Assembly (NCBI GenBank): GCA_030770535.1
Contig: JASVEC010000019.1
Coordinates: forward strand, 124,001-188,000
Origin: Batkoa obscura
Taxonomy: Eukaryota
Direction of reading: 5' to 3'
DNA length: 64,000 bases
The position numbers were made by a program, and so were the translations under genes. The notes under the pieces were generated by a model that was given only the letters and a program-made list of their open reading frames with translations, ran no database searches and was not told where the DNA came from. Shown here piece by piece: positions 26,278 to 40,986 of the stretch (position 1 is its first letter; each line of letters opens with the position of its first letter).

Positions 26278-27866
26278 ATGGATACACAATTGGCTGAGTT
26301 TAAGAAGTTTCAATATAATTTTTTAACAATATTTAGTTTAATAATGCTATGTGAATGGTTACAAGCGCCTTATATTATCAAATTATATATGAGCTATGGC
26401 TATAATTTAAACCAAATTGTTAATTTATTTACAATTGGCTACATTGCAGGGGCGATTGTTGGCCCCATTATTGCTGGTTTAGCGGACGGGATGTAAGTTC
26501 AATTTGATAATTTAATACATTCTAAATTGATAATATTTCCATTCCAATCAGTGGTCGTAAAAAAATCGGTAGTTTATTTATAGTATTATATCTCCTACAT
26601 GGTTTTATACTCAACACCACCAACTATTATTATTTACTGTTTGGGCGTTTTATAGCTGGTAGCGCTACCACTATTCTATTTTCAGTATTTGAAACTTGGA
26701 TGGTAGAAGAACATTTTAGACATAGTAAGCTTAATTTCGCTCATAACAACTATTTAAATAATTAACTCCTTAATTTAACTAGATTATCCCAAACCTTGGT
26801 TAGCAAAAACATTTAGTTTAATTACATTTCTTAATGCTATAGCAGCTATAATCGCTGGTTTTTTAGCAGAAATATTGGTGAAGAGTTATTCCTTTGTAGC
26901 CCCTTTTAATTTAGCTAATATAATTTTGTCGGTTTGTTTTATTGCTATACAAATCACTTGGAAAGAAAATTATGGTGAAAAAATGAAGGTAGAGGAATTG
27001 ATTTTTTAGATTGCAATTTAATATTAACGCTGATTATTAATAGCTATTTAACTTGACAAATTTTAAAAACTCGATTAGATATTTATTACAAGGTGAGCTA
27101 TCCTTTAATTTAGCATATGATTATTTTATTTATTTACTAAATACTAATAGATAATAATGCCCTCTTAATAGCTATTTCTCAATCTTTATTTGAATGTTCT
27201 ATGTATACCTTTGCCTTTTTATGGGCACCAATATTAATTGAGGCAAATATCAACCCCAATGATAATTTGAATTTAGGTTATTTGTTTTCTTTATTTATGT
27301 TAAGTATGTCTATGGGCTCTATTCTATTTAATTATTTGTATAATCAACAAAGGATTAAATTGAAATTTTTGATTATAGTCTTGTTTTTATTTGCCTTTTT
27401 AGCTTTGTTTTTAGCTTCATTGACAAAGGTAAGGAAGAAAATGGTTTATGTACAAAGCATTAGTTTGGTTTTAATATAGTAATCATTATTTCATATAGGA
27501 TTTCCATCTTATACTACTCCTCTTTGTCGTATTTGAATTCACCGTGGGTATCTATTATCCTACTATATCGCAACTGAGGAATCAATACTTACCTCAAAGT
27601 ATCAAAGCTAATTTATTAGCTTTATTTCGTACACCGTTAAATTTAATGGTAGCTATTTGTTTGAACTTAGTAAGTTATTGTAAAATTATCAATTAATAGT
27701 AAATTTTTAACAGTATTCTAATTTATTTTAGATACCAAAGTTTGATGTTTATTTTGTATTATTCGCAGCTTCAATACTATTGCTGATAGCTGCATTACTA
27801 CTGTTGAGTTTAAATTATGAAGTTGAAATAGAAGAGGGTGAAGTACAGACAATTCTTATTGGATAG
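26278..27866 (+). CDS. MFSD5: MFS molybdate-anion transporter (MFSD5/MOT2 family)
   Basis: EWLQAPYIIKLYMSYG, ATTILFSVFETWMVEEH, WKENYG, QSLFECSMYTFAFLWAP, FRTPLN. Confidence 0.88.
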
Positions 27867-28352
27867 ACTTTCAGTTTGTTGTAAATCAAAGGTTGAGTTT
27901 TCTTAATGTTTTTCTGAATTTATAGTGAACAATAGTTTTGTAAATTAACATTAGTCAATATGTAAAATAGAAAATAAAATAAGATATGTTTAAAGTTATA
28001 AAATGTTAGAGTTTAATAAAAAAATTTGTTGCTATTTAAGAATGTCCTATACTATATTTTTTTAAATTCTTGCTAACTAGAGACATAATGTAAGTTGTTA
28101 AAAAAATATGCCAAAGTTTTAACTTTACAAGTATATTTTTTATTGTTGTTTTAGTGATATGCGAATTTAATGTACTCTAAATTATTTAATTTGGTCCAAT
28201 ATATTATGAAAAAATAAAGTTAAAGAAAAAGATAGTACTATTGTAGCACGAATAAGGATATTAAACTAAATAACATTGTATTTAATCTTGAATTAATTTT
28301 TAATGACTACAATATAACAGTTATAAAAAAAGTCAGTTTTAGTTAAAAGATA

Positions 28353-28447
28353 TGGGGATGTATTTTTATGTTTAAGAATTTTACTAACAAATTTTCCGCC
28401 TAAATAGTGTCTAAAAGATGGAAAAAGTGGAGTCAAAAAACACCCCT
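28353..28447 (-). mobile_element. MITE family A copy (reverse)
   Basis: ta|tggggatgtattttt...gtcaaaaaacacccc. Confidence 0.82.
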
Positions 28448-29010
28448 ATACAACGGAAATTTTAATATATAAATGGCATGTCTTATATTTATAGAAAAAT
28501 AATAATTTGTTTATAGAATAATAATATTCAATATACTTTAATATACTAATTATTGATTAAAAATTAATATTAAATTAAAATAATTATTGTAATATATAAG
28601 TTAATTGTATTTGTGAAGATTACTTTTATAAATTGTGTAAGTCTATCTAAGATTTCAGATCAGTGTTTAAAATTGTACATTATAAGATAGTATAAAAAGT
28701 ATTAAGTTGTAAAAATTATATCAAGCAATTGAAAAGTAGCTTTATTATAATAAATCAAGCATTCTATATATAGTGTGAAGTGAAAGGGAGTAGGGAAGAC
28801 AAAACCTAATTATTTACCTTTAAAAATTAGGTAAAGGAACAAGATAGTAAAAACATAGTTATTTGTATAAATGTTTATTGTAAAAATTACATATCAACTG
28901 AAATCTGTGAGCAAAAACAACTGCTTAATCTGAGTTGAGAAATCAACCAGTATCAGATTTAAAGTGCTAGGCAATAATTTAAGTCATCAAAATTCTTATA
29001 GTATCACTAC

Positions 29011-29474
29011 TGTGAAATATTGCTTTGTCAGTCCCATGGTTAATTATAGCATAATAATCGCCTAAGCTGTTGTGTTCTTGAGTTCAGAGAAAATCAATCC
29101 CACGCTCTTAGTTTGATTTGCTATAAGAATTTCTAGCTCCATTCCAAAGAACGTTATCTTCTCATTTTGATATCTATACTTTTCAGAGTATAAAACAGAT
29201 TTTAGAGTATAATAGTTCAAGGCTTTTTAACTAAATCATTCCCTGATATCTCGAACATTTAATAAAGCCACTAAGTTTTCTTAATAGTATTTTACATAGA
29301 TTTTACATCAGTGTTGTCTATTCTATTTGCCTTACATAGTCTATAGCATATTACATGCTATTCTTCATAATTCAAGTCTACCTTAGTCACATAAACTAAG
29401 ACCTTTCGACTTATAGTGTAGTCAACCCAGCAATAGCTGTTCTTGACTCCAATCACTGAGTACCAGATTTCACA
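29011..29474 (+). mobile_element. Solo-LTR-like element, long variant without MITE (464 bp)
   Basis: TGTGAAAT...ATTTCACA. Flanks actac/attac form a 5-bp TSD with one mismatch. Confidence 0.85.
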
Positions 29475-29584
29475 ATTACTTATTTTTTGTTATTTTTATT
29501 TTACTTAATCAGCTTAAAATAAAAAATATTAAATTCACAATAATTGAACACTCTAATTAACTTTTAATATACTTTTTTAACAAG

Positions 29585-29685
29585 TGGGAGTGTTTTTTTT
29601 GACTTCATTATTTTTTCCATTTTTTAAGCGCTGTTTAAGCGGAAAATTTGTTAGTAAAACTCTTAAACATTAAAATACATCCCCA
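29585..29685 (+). mobile_element. MITE family A copy
   Basis: tgggagtgttttt...aatacatcccca. Confidence 0.85.
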
Positions 29686-29916
29686 AATAGACAAAAAAAT
29701 ACTAATTTAAATAAAGGAGGTGAGATTCAAAGAAAATACTAATTTCTAAAGTATCTGAATATAAAAATTTCAGTTAAAAAATTGAAAAATATAAAAGTCA
29801 AATAAGTGACTATTTTCTAAAAGCTGTTTTAGCAATATTATTTTTTAATATTTAAAAGATAGTTCAAACTCTTAACAATTCAGCTAATCTTGTTTTAGAA
29901 AAAAATTTCAAATATA

Positions 29917-30017
29917 TGGAGATGTATTTTTGTATTTAAGAACTTTACTAACAATTTTTCCATTCAAACAATATTTAAAAAATGGAAAAAGTAATGAAGC
30001 CAAAAAAAACATCCCCA
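29917..30017 (-). mobile_element. MITE family A copy (reverse)
   Basis: ta|tggagatgtattttt...aaaacatcccca|ta. Confidence 0.85.
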
Positions 30018-30066
30018 TATGCTAAGAAAGAATCTAATAAAAACTTATTTATTTAATATGAATATA

Positions 30067-30166
30067 TGGGGATGTTTTTTTGATTTCATCACTTTTTCCA
30101 TTTTTTTAAGCGCTATTTAAGTGAAAAAATTATTAGTAAAATTCCTAAACATAAAATACACCCCCA
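30067..30166 (+). mobile_element. MITE family A copy
   Basis: ta|tggggatgttttt...aatacaccccca. Confidence 0.85.
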
Positions 30167-30343
30167 TTAACTTATATGCTAGATAGGCTTTTATACACAT
30201 TATTATTTCATACAATTTATTAACAATAAGTGTATAAATATAATAAAAAATCCCAAAAAAAGTTTTTTTTGTTACAACTACAAATATGGGCTTTTATTTT
30301 TTATTTAAAAACTATCAGCATATAAAAGCCTGCTTAACACTGG

Positions 30344-30743
30344 TGTGAAATCTGGTACTCAGGGTTTGGAGTCAAGAACAGCTATTGCTGGGTTGACTAC
30401 ACTATAAGTCGAAAGGTCTTAGTTTATGTGACTAAGGTAGACTTGGGTTATGAGGAATAGCACGTAATAGGTTACAAGCTATATAAGACAAATAGAATAG
30501 ACAATATTAATGTAAAATCTATGTAAAATACTATTAAGAAAACTTAGTAGCTTTATTAAATGTTCGAGATATCAGGGATTAATTCAGTTAAAAAGCCTCG
30601 AACTATTATACTCTGTAAACTCTTTTATACTCTGAAAAGTATAAGTATCAAAATGAGAAGATAATATTCTTTTGGGTGGAACTAGAAATTCTCATAACAA
30701 ATCAAAATAATTAACCATGGGACTGACAAAGCGATATTTCACA
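30344..30743 (-). mobile_element. Solo-LTR-like element, short variant, reverse (400 bp)
   Basis: Flanked by a direct CTGG/CTGG duplication. Near-identical to 8816-9215. Confidence 0.88.
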
Positions 30744-30827
30744 CTGGTTCAGCTTCTATTAAAATTGACCTATTTTTTAGATTTTTTGTTAAAAGGGTGA
30801 GATTATAATCTGTAAAATACAGTAGTA

Positions 30828-30924
30828 AAGAGTGTGCTTTTTTAGTTTTATCACTTTTTTCATTTTTTAAGCACTATTTAAATAGAAAAGCTATCAATAA
30901 AATTATTAAAAAAATATATCCTTG
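30828..30924 (+). mobile_element. Degenerate MITE family A copy
   Basis: The core ttcattttttaagcactatttaaatagaaaa is retained but the termini are eroded. Confidence 0.55.
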
Positions 30925-31366
30925 TTTTTTAATAAAATCCTGCTTTTAAATCATTAGTTAATTAAAAAAAAGTCTACTCTTATAAAAAAGATACTATTAA
31001 AGTGCTGTAAAACAAAATTCTATGGTAAAATCATATAGTTATTTATTTATTATCAAACTAATAAATTAAAAGTTCTTTTTTTATAAAATAAAAAATTAAT
31101 CAAATTTTCAAAAGCGATATTTTCATTACTTCAAATTCATCATTCTTACTCTTCTTTTTATCTATTTTAACTAATTTGACTCAACACATTTATATAAAAT
31201 GGCGTCATTTGTTTCCAATTAAATCATTAAGCAATGATTAAACTCAACTAAAAGCCACTTAAAATAGCTCAATGACAATAATATTTAGCGGGGGAATGTT
31301 TATTATTAAAGATTTCAAACTTGATTATTGCTTTTAGGCACTTTTATATTAATTTTTAATTTTCAA

Positions 31367-33854
31367 ATGTCCACAAGCCACTCCCACCATCAAATTCAAC
31401 GTATATTTATAGGTCCCAGTATTGAATATTGGTACAAAACAGAAGCTTGGTCATTAAGGGGTAATACCGATCGTAAAGCTTCAGTAGAAGATATAGTTAG
31501 GTCTACAGCATCAATACGTTCCACAACAAGGTAATAAGAAAGAATATTTATCATTATTTTAAATTTTATTGTCGACTTAAAAGTAGATACTAATTATTTA
31601 ATTTAACTACTATAGTAATTTACGTAATAATTCTTTATTGTTACCCAATTTAACCTCAGTGATCAGTTCTCCTAATTTAGAAGATCATAATTTATCAATC
31701 AATGCACCACTTTCGCTTGAAATACCTAGTCCTGGGAGGAGCTTACCATATGATGTCAATTTTTCAGTAAGTAATATAAGAGCCAGTGAACTACCAAAAC
31801 ATTGTCGAGCATTAGTACGTATTGAATATGCTAAAGAATGGAATGGAGCTCCAGGCACTTATCACTCTCAACTATTAAATGCAACTGAGCGTAAGTTTTT
31901 ACCACTTAAAGAGTTTGGATTAATCTTATATCATAATCGATTGGAGTTGACCAATAGTGTAGACAATGTAGATAGTGAAATTATTTTTGATGAGTTTACA
32001 AAGCTATCATTATATTCTATTACGGATTATAGCTTAGCTATTACAAAAGAGCACATTAAAGAACATATTACCTGTGCCTATATTTTATTATTTCCAACAC
32101 CCGAAATTGCTAAATCTTGGTATCTTAGTTTACACCAGATAATGAATAATGTTAAACAATTTCAAGATAATATATTGGTATCGGTACCAGAATTAAATAC
32201 TAAGGTTAGTATATTAATAAGTTCACCGGATATGAAAGTGTGGTCAATTAAAGAAGCAGTTATTGAAGCACTTAAAAAAGACGAAGATAATATGCAAACA
32301 GTTGAAGGTTGGGAAAGAGAAGGGATGGTTGGCATGTGTTGGAAACACAATGATAAAATTGAATGGATAAGTGAAAGTAAAGAAATCAATAAAACGCATA
32401 TGGAATATGATTTAGTATTAAGCCCACAGTATATTGAACAAACACATGAGTTACAATTAAGAAGTAAGTCGCATAATATATTGAATGAAGAAGAACCACT
32501 TCCAGTTGAAGGTTATTTAATCTTTCGTGGGTTCTTTGAAGTAAATAGTAACAATGAACTTAAAAAGATTGATAGTGGAAGGTTAATTAAAGGACAAAGT
32601 TATTATATCTCTACATTTCAAAATCATATTACATTTGTATCTAATAATAAGTTTTCAAAAAAGAACAAGAGTAATGTACTGCCCTTGGATTCTATACCCT
32701 TTACACTATTTTATCCTAAAGATCGACCCAAATTTGATAATAATGAAAAGCATATGATTAATAAGAATGATTTAAATAGTCATAGTAATTTATTATTATT
32801 AAAAAATATGGATGGATTTGTTGATATGCGAGAAATTGTATCAATTGAAGAAAGTTGTAAGAACCAAGGAAGTAATAAAGACCCGTTATTCGATATTACT
32901 TTAATTGGAAATTATAAATTACGATTTGAAGCATGGACAGTAGAATCAAGAAATGAATGGGTAAAGAGATTTGAAACGTTAATAATCTATTGGAAACAAA
33001 GTTCAAGAAAAGAATTAGAAACGCAAATTGAAATTAATAAAGTAAATGAAAATTTTAATCAAGAAGAATACAATAATGATGATACAATTAATGATAATCA
33101 AAATATTATTGTTAATCCAATTTTATGGAAAAGTTGTCTTAACGAATATTGTTTTCCAATCTTAAAATCAGGTACTTTATATATTAAAGATCGTATCCAT
33201 GCTCCTTTTCGTAAAGTTCATGCTATTCTTACTTTAGATTCTTTACATTTTTTCGAATACTCAGTTACTTCTTTTTATAATAATAATAATGATAATAACA
33301 ATAATAATAATAATTTAAGTAATAGTAATAGTAATATTGATAATAGAACTAACAATAATGAACAACAAGAAGGAGAACAAAGTTATTCTCCTTTTGACTT
33401 ATCTCGTTTACCACCACCAATTAAATTTTTACATTTAAGGGAAACTTCTAATTCATATATTTCATTAAAAAATTGTTTTATTTACAGTGGTTTAGCTATG
33501 GATTTAGTAGTTGATGGAGATGAAGTGGAACCACATTTATATCCAGATCGATTATTATCTCAAGACAGTGAATTAGATCGTACATTTACATTATGGGAAT
33601 CTCATTTAGCTTATTTATGGCCTAATAAAATGGAACAAAGAAATCAAGTGGAACTTGGTATTCATTTCTTATATCGAAATATGCATTGTGGCCACTCTTT
33701 AATTTGGCCTTGGCATTGGTTTATGCCCAGTTATTATGGTAAACAAAACAAATTTACATTTCAAACAAGGAGTAAATTAGAAAAAGAACACTGGATTTAT
33801 TGTATTAATTTAGCCATTGAATATTTAATTATAAATGATAAATGGCATTATTAA
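31367..33854 (+). CDS. SPO71: Spo71/Mug56-like multi-PH-domain protein
   Basis: N-terminal QRIFIGP motif, LVLSPQYIEQTHELQLR, PVEGYL, LKSGTLYIK...F, ISLKNCFIYSG, FQTRSKLEKEHW. One intron ~31532-31615. Confidence 0.75.
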
Positions 33855-33990
33855 ATTATTTATTTATTTTGTATTAAATTAATAAAGTTGCTGCTTTATT
33901 TATTTTAATTCATTACATTTAGTTTGCTTTTTGAAATTTTAAATAGTTATTTTGAAATTTTAAATCCTTTATTTATTATTCTTAATTTTT

Positions 33991-36184
33991 TTAGTCTTCA
34001 TCCCAATTTGGGTTGTTTTTTGGCATTTTAGGACCCCCGGCTGGTTTACTCATTATAATCTACAATTTCATTTAATAAAATTTATAAAAATTCATTTTAA
34101 ACTTACCTGATCAACCATTAATACAGTTAAGGCAGCATGGGTAGCCAATTCAATAGCATTATGCTTAACAGTGTAAATATCCAAGATTCCTTTTTCTTTA
34201 GCGTCTATACTGGCTGCCTTTTCACTCTAAATAAATTATAAATAACTAAACTAAATTTAGAATCATTAAAACTTACATCTATATCTACACCAACAAAACA
34301 GTTTTCTTGATTTGTATAATGAGCAGCATGTAATTTAGAGAGAATTTCATAGGACTAAACAATGATAAATAAGCAGATACAAATAAATAATTATTTTCTT
34401 ACACTCATTCCAGAAGTTTCGCCAAGAGTACGTGGTACAATCTCTAAAGCTTCTGCAAATTTTTTAATTGCATATTGATTCAATCCTGCTGTTTTCTAAT
34501 TAAAATTAATAAAAAATAAAAAGTAATTCCAATAAAAAGCTTACTTCTCCGAATGAAGTTAAATGTTTAGCTAACTGCGTTTCAGAGGCTCCAGCACCAG
34601 CCAAAACACGACCATCACGTCCTAAGGCTTTCACTGAGCTGATACCATCATCTAGAGCTCTTTCAACATCATCTAAGAAATTTTGGGTAGCACCTCTCAA
34701 TAAAATAGTGGAAGTCTTTGATTTTTCAGTTTCTAAAAAAATAAGCTTCTATTAAAGTCATTCTATCAACTATTTTACCTTGACGGAAAATAACAACACG
34801 ATCACTACCGATTTCTTCAGACTCAACAATATCACAGTATCCCATCTCTTCAGCCATTGGTACACCCTAAATTAACACTTAAAAAATTGAAACAATGATC
34901 AACTATGATATTACCAATCTAGCTAATGGTGTAGCTCCAACGACTCTGGAAAGACGACGTAAATCGAATTTAGATGGACATTTAACTGCCATAAGACCAT
35001 AACGATTGATAAAGTGAAGAGCCAAATCACCAATAACACCACCACTGACAATAACTTTGACACCAGATTCAGCTAATTCTTTGATAGCCTCTTCGATTTG
35101 GGATTCTTCACCCTTTGAGAAATCCAACATTTCTTTAGCATTATGAATTAATACCGTACCCTTAGTTTCAGTTTGAGAAATATCAATTGGACAACTGAAT
35201 ACAGCAATCTTTGCTTTTTCGGCATAATGAACGTTTCCTAATATAATTTTAAATACTTGTGTTATATAATATATTATCTTTTTACCTTCAGCTTCACGTC
35301 CAAATACCATTCCTTTAACTACTTTAGATTCCAATAAGCTTGAACCCATTACTTTAACAATACGTACGCTATCCACGTTAAAATTAGATGCTTTATTTGG
35401 CATGATATAGGAACAAGCATCCCAAACTAACTTAGCCAAAAAACCCTGATAGCCATTCATTTTAGAACCAACTGCAGCTTCAATTACTTTTAAAGTTAAA
35501 TCTGATTCATTAATATTTTCAATATTTTCAACACATAAAGCTAGCAAAAAACGAGATCAGTCCATACTATTATTTTAAATTCAAAGAGACTAAATTACTT
35601 TCTAATAACTCAAGTGCTTTTTTAGATGCGATTTCATAACCTTGAGCTACTTCACTTGGCTTTAATCCCATTCTCAATAAGCCTTCAGCTTTGTCTAGAA
35701 GTTCGGAAGCTAACATTAAAACTAAGTTAGAAGCATCTCCTAACTATTAAAAATAGATTAATTAAAAAAACAAAATAACGGAAACAAATCTTACTTCTGC
35801 TTGTTGATGTTGAGAAGCTTGAGCTAAAATTTTAGCAGCTGGGTGAACTACCTCCAATTCGTTGATCATAGTACCAGCATCATTGGTAACAAATAATTTT
35901 TCTAAATGATTAACTACAATCTTGTTACGACCTTTCAAAACAAATAAGCTTTATCTTTTTTTACTTTTAATTTCTAATTACTTACCATTGGGCCCAAAAG
36001 AAGATAAAGTGATCTTATTCAACTCTCTACAAGCGTCGATGTTTCTTATAACCGCATCGTCAACACCTTGGGAGATCTATCAAAATTAATAAGCTTTTTT
36101 GGATTTCTTTAATAAAAAGAAGATTACTTTATATCCATCCTTAAATAAGGATGAGGAAGAGGCCTTTGGTACGCGTAATGACAT
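33991..36184 (-). CDS. CCT8: Chaperonin CCT/TRiC subunit theta (many exons)
   Basis: MSLRVPK..LFKDGYK, SFGPNGRNK, HLEKLFVTNDA, FNVDSVRIVKVMG, ETKGTVLIHNA, SKFDLRRL, IIMSKPAGGP...WDED*. Confidence 0.97.
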
Positions 36185-37262
36185 TAATTTTTTTTAGAAA
36201 GATAAAAAATTATAAAAGTCTTCTTTTGACCGAATTGAATGGAAATTTGTTTCAAAAATCGAAACTTTTTGTTGTGCTGAATTATTTGGTTATGTTAAGA
36301 TGTTATTGGCTAAAAATTTGCAACTTTTTGGATATTGTTGGCTTGATTGGAAATGGTCTTTTTGGTACAGAATCCTAAGAAAGGGATATGGCATTTTTTA
36401 GGGATAACGATATATTATCATTACTAATTGTGTTTATCATTTTATAAAGCAAATTATCAGTATCGTTTGTTGAAGCTATTGTAGTTTTCTATTATCACTT
36501 GTTGAGCTTTTATCGCAGTAGAATTTTTAGGGTAATTTCTAATCAAAGATTTTGAGGGAAGTAATGCTAGTCATTAGCTCTAATAGTTTTTTTCTTGTAT
36601 AAGAGCAGTTATTATCTGCATGTGAAGTTATCTTGATATTGCAATTATATATCTTCACCAATTGGATCGGTCCAGAAATTATAGATTACTTTAGAAGTTA
36701 CCTTATTGATTTTTATGGGATTAAAAAGAACCCAAGTTTTTGTTTCGAATTTCTAGGCAATTTATTAGATAACCATAATAAATTGGTTCATAAATTTCAT
36801 TATTAAATAAAGCGTTATTTTCCAAAAACTTTACTTATTAAATGCTCTATATAATGAGTATAATAAATATAATATGATCATTATATACTCACAAAAACTA
36901 TAATCCAAATTCAGATATAATGAATATTTTTGATATCATCTAAGAACAAGTTTTTTTTAAATTTAATATGAACTTTACTGAACTTAAAATAATAAAACTA
37001 GGGTTAATAAACGGGGTAAGAGCAACAAAACCCTAAAATTGGCTTAAATTAAAAGCGTAAAAATAGTAATTTGTGATCACATTTACAGCATGATATTAAA
37101 TCTTATGACCAATGTTACAATTAAAGGGGTTTTTATAGGGCAAATTTCATCAAAATGCTTAAAATTGAATAGTGATTATTGTATTATTATAGAACTTTGA
37201 AGTATAAAAACTAAGCAAAGAGAGTAAACTGTTTTTATTTTTTCGTTAGTTTTTTTCAATTT

Positions 37263-39899
37263 ATGCTGGGAACAAGCAGTAGTACTGGTGGCTATCAACC
37301 ATTAAATAAAAGTGAGGATGATTACTCCTCAGAAAAGAATATATTTAGAGATAACGGAGAATTTGATAATGTAAACAATAATACCAATGAAGAAGAGGAG
37401 GATCAAAATGAGAGCTATGAGCTGCCGCCAAGTTTTGAGAGTGTATTAAAAGAAAAAGAAGCATATAAAAAGAATACAATTAAAAGAAAGTTACTTACTT
37501 TATTTACCATCTTTTTTTCAATCGGTCTATTCTTATTTTTGTTTGGAATACCGTATCTACCTAACTTTATTCAAGCCTATTTTGAAGACTTGGGAGGAAG
37601 GTATCAAGCACCCACTTTACTCTATACTGGTAAAAGAGGTGCTGTTGCTACCGAAAATGAAATATGTTCTAAAATTGGAACTCAGACATTGAGAGAGGGT
37701 GGTAATGCTGTTGATTCCGCTATTGCTTCTGCTTTTTGTATTGGTGTAGTCAATAGTTTTTCATCAGGTATTGGAGGCGGAGGTTTTATGACTATTCGTA
37801 CTAAAGATGGAAAATATGATTTTATTGACTTTCGTGAGGAAGCACCTGCTGCTACTACTTTTGAAGAATATTTAAAACAACCTAATCGTACTCAGTTTGG
37901 TGGTACTGCTGTTGGTGTTCCTGGTGAAATTAAAGGTTTCGAACTTGCTCATCAACGGTAAATTTTGAATAGTCATCTTAATTTATTCTAACCATTGTTA
38001 GCTATGGTAACTTAAAATGGAGACAATTAATTGAGCCTAGTATTAAATTGGCTAGATCTGGATTTCCAGTAGGCAAACAATTAGCTTACTATTTAAAAGT
38101 AAATCTATATTGTATTTTCGCTATGTTGTACTCATTTTTTGTCTAGTCAAATAAGCAGTACATTGACGCTTCGACTGGATTCAGAGAAGTATTTATAAAT
38201 CAAAAAGATGAATTAGCTAAAGAGGGAGATATTGTTTATCGCAAAAATTTAGCAGATACTTTGGAAATTATTGCTAAAGAAGGTTCTGACGGCTTTTACA
38301 AAGTGATTAATAAATTATTGTTATAATAGGATAGAATATAATATAGTTTTAATAGGGAAAAATCGCTGAAAAAATAATTCAGACAATACAAAAAGAAGGC
38401 GGTGTAATGACATTAAAAGATTTACAAGAATATCGTCCAATAACTAGAAAACCCATGGTTGGTACCTTTTTGGGCAATAAAGTTATTACTTCGCCTCCAC
38501 CAACCTCAGGCCCAATTTTATTGTCCATTTTAAATATATTAGAAGGTTATAAATTAAGCGATATCACTGCCCATGATGAAATTACTTTATATTATCATAG
38601 GTAATTATTATTTATATATTGTAAGAGCATAGTAATAACATTATGTTTATTTAGGCTTATTGAATCTTTCAAATGTAACTATATCACAATTATTGAATAT
38701 AAATATTAATGTTGATTTTAGTCGGCTATGCTCAAAGAACAGAATTAGCAGATCCAATTATGGTATTATTATTTGTTATATTAATTTAATATAACAAAGT
38801 ATTAACTATTTAATAGCCTAATATAACTCAAAAAGCTAATGAATTCGCAGATAAATTAACAGCACAAAACATTCGTAGAAATATATCAGATGTAATTATC
38901 ATTTTAGTTATTGTATTCTTTAGTTTAATATATTCATTTTTAGACACATACTTACGACTATAAGTACTACCATCCTAAGTATTCTCATAAAGAGTTACCT
39001 GGTACTACCCATTTATCAGTCATTGACTCAGATAAAATGGCTGTTGGGTTAACATCAACTGTAAGCTTATACCGTATGCTACTATATAATTTATTTGACA
39101 TATTCCTTTAGGTTAATTTGATCTTTGGTTCTAAAATTATGGACGAAGAAACAGGAGTTATCTTTAACAATCAAATCGATGATTTTTCAATCCCACATAC
39201 TAAAAACGGCTTTGATCTTTTCCCATCCCCTGCTAATTTTATTGGTAATATTTACTTCATGATGAATAATGCTAGTAATCTAATATAATGTGTTTCGTTA
39301 GCCCCTAGAAAGAGACCACTCTCATCTACAGTTCCTACTATCATCGAAGCTAACTCTGATTCTGATGATTTGGAATTATTGGTTCTTGGTGGATCAGGTG
39401 GTAGCAGGATTTTAACTGCAGCAGTACAAGTAAATATTATATAACAACAGTAGTATAATATTAATATAATTGTTTACTAGGTTATATTACAAGTAGTAAT
39501 AAATAAAAAAGAGGTCCATCGTGCTATTGATCACCCTAGACTTCATAATCAATTGTTACCTGAACTTGTAATATTATAAATTATAAATTTCATCTTACAT
39601 CCTAACCTATACTTAATTAGACTTACTTTGAACCTAAGTTTTGTCCCATGATCTCAAATTCACTTGAAAAATATAAACATAATGTAATTATTATTATTTA
39701 TTAGTTTAATCAATAGCTAAAATAATTGTTTAGATTGAATATCTTTCTTTTCCTAACTCAGTAATTCAAGCCGTTCACTATTCTAAAGGAGTTTATTCAG
39801 GTAAATTTTATTCTTTTGATTTCTTTTGATTTAGCTTAATTTAATTTCCTCATAGCTGCTTCCGATGGCAGAAAGCACGGATTGGCTGATGCCTATTAA
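37263..39899 (+). CDS. ECM38: Gamma-glutamyltranspeptidase, type II membrane-anchored (many exons)
   Basis: N-terminal TM, GGNAVDSAIA, SSGIGGGGF, IDFREEAP, catalytic GTTHLSV, NNQIDDFS, KRPLSS, GGSGGSRI, ASDGRK. Confidence 0.95.
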
Positions 39900-40986
39900 G
39901 CTCTTCATCAAATTTGGTGTTTTTTTGTTTCTTTGGTAGTACAATAAATGATGATATATTAATACTACTATAGAATTCATTAGTAGTATGATTACATTAT
40001 CAACAACTAAAGTCTTGATTAAAAAGATAATAAAGCTTTAATAAAAAACAAACTTGTATTTAATATCTAATGTTTATTTTATTATTAACTCAAATAGTTT
40101 TTAAGGATGTCATTAGATTATTATATAAAGCTTAAAATTTTGATGTTTTAAATAAATAATTTCACATATTATAAATGCCTCTTACTGCCTGAGTTCATGT
40201 TTAAACAATTCTAAATAGTACAGAAAAATTAATTTTACTAAGTGAATGCAAAGAGCAAGCTGGCCAATGCATTCAAACTACTAGTAATGCTTTGCAAATT
40301 TGTAAAATTTGAGTAATTTAGACAGATTTTTGGACCCCTTTCTACCTCACTACCTGCTTAAAAGTATAGCTTAAAATTTAGGTAGATCAAGCATTACAAG
40401 GTAGAAAGAATTTTTGAAGTTTTTTTTAGCTTAACAAAAAATGATATCCCGCTAAAACATACTCTTGAAATTTTGATTACTTCTTGGAGATAAGCGATTC
40501 AGTTAACACATACAATAGTTTTGTACAAAAAACTCACATTTAAACCTCTTTAAACCTCTTTATTTTACAAACTTTACAACTTTACTCGTATGACTAAGAG
40601 ACCATAAACTAACTTGATAATTGGAAAATCAGGATTATAGTTCTAATATGAATATTTTAGTAAATTGGTATAATATAATATCCTATGTTCTATCATTAAT
40701 TAATGATAGAATAATAAATAGTTTTATACAGAAATAAAAATAAACTTAAAATTTGTAATGAAATTTCTTTTATTCAAGTTACCAATTGGGTTTTAATAAA
40801 GCTAGAAAAATAACTTATTTGGATCAAAGTGATTATTTAAGTAACAAAAGGTCAAACACTAACAAAATTTTGATCCTTTTAATATTTATTTTTCAATACT
40901 CAATTACATAATTTCAACATGCAACTTTTTTGAAGACTATTGGTAAACGTAGGTAATTTGATATGCAGTTTTATATGGCTAATATA

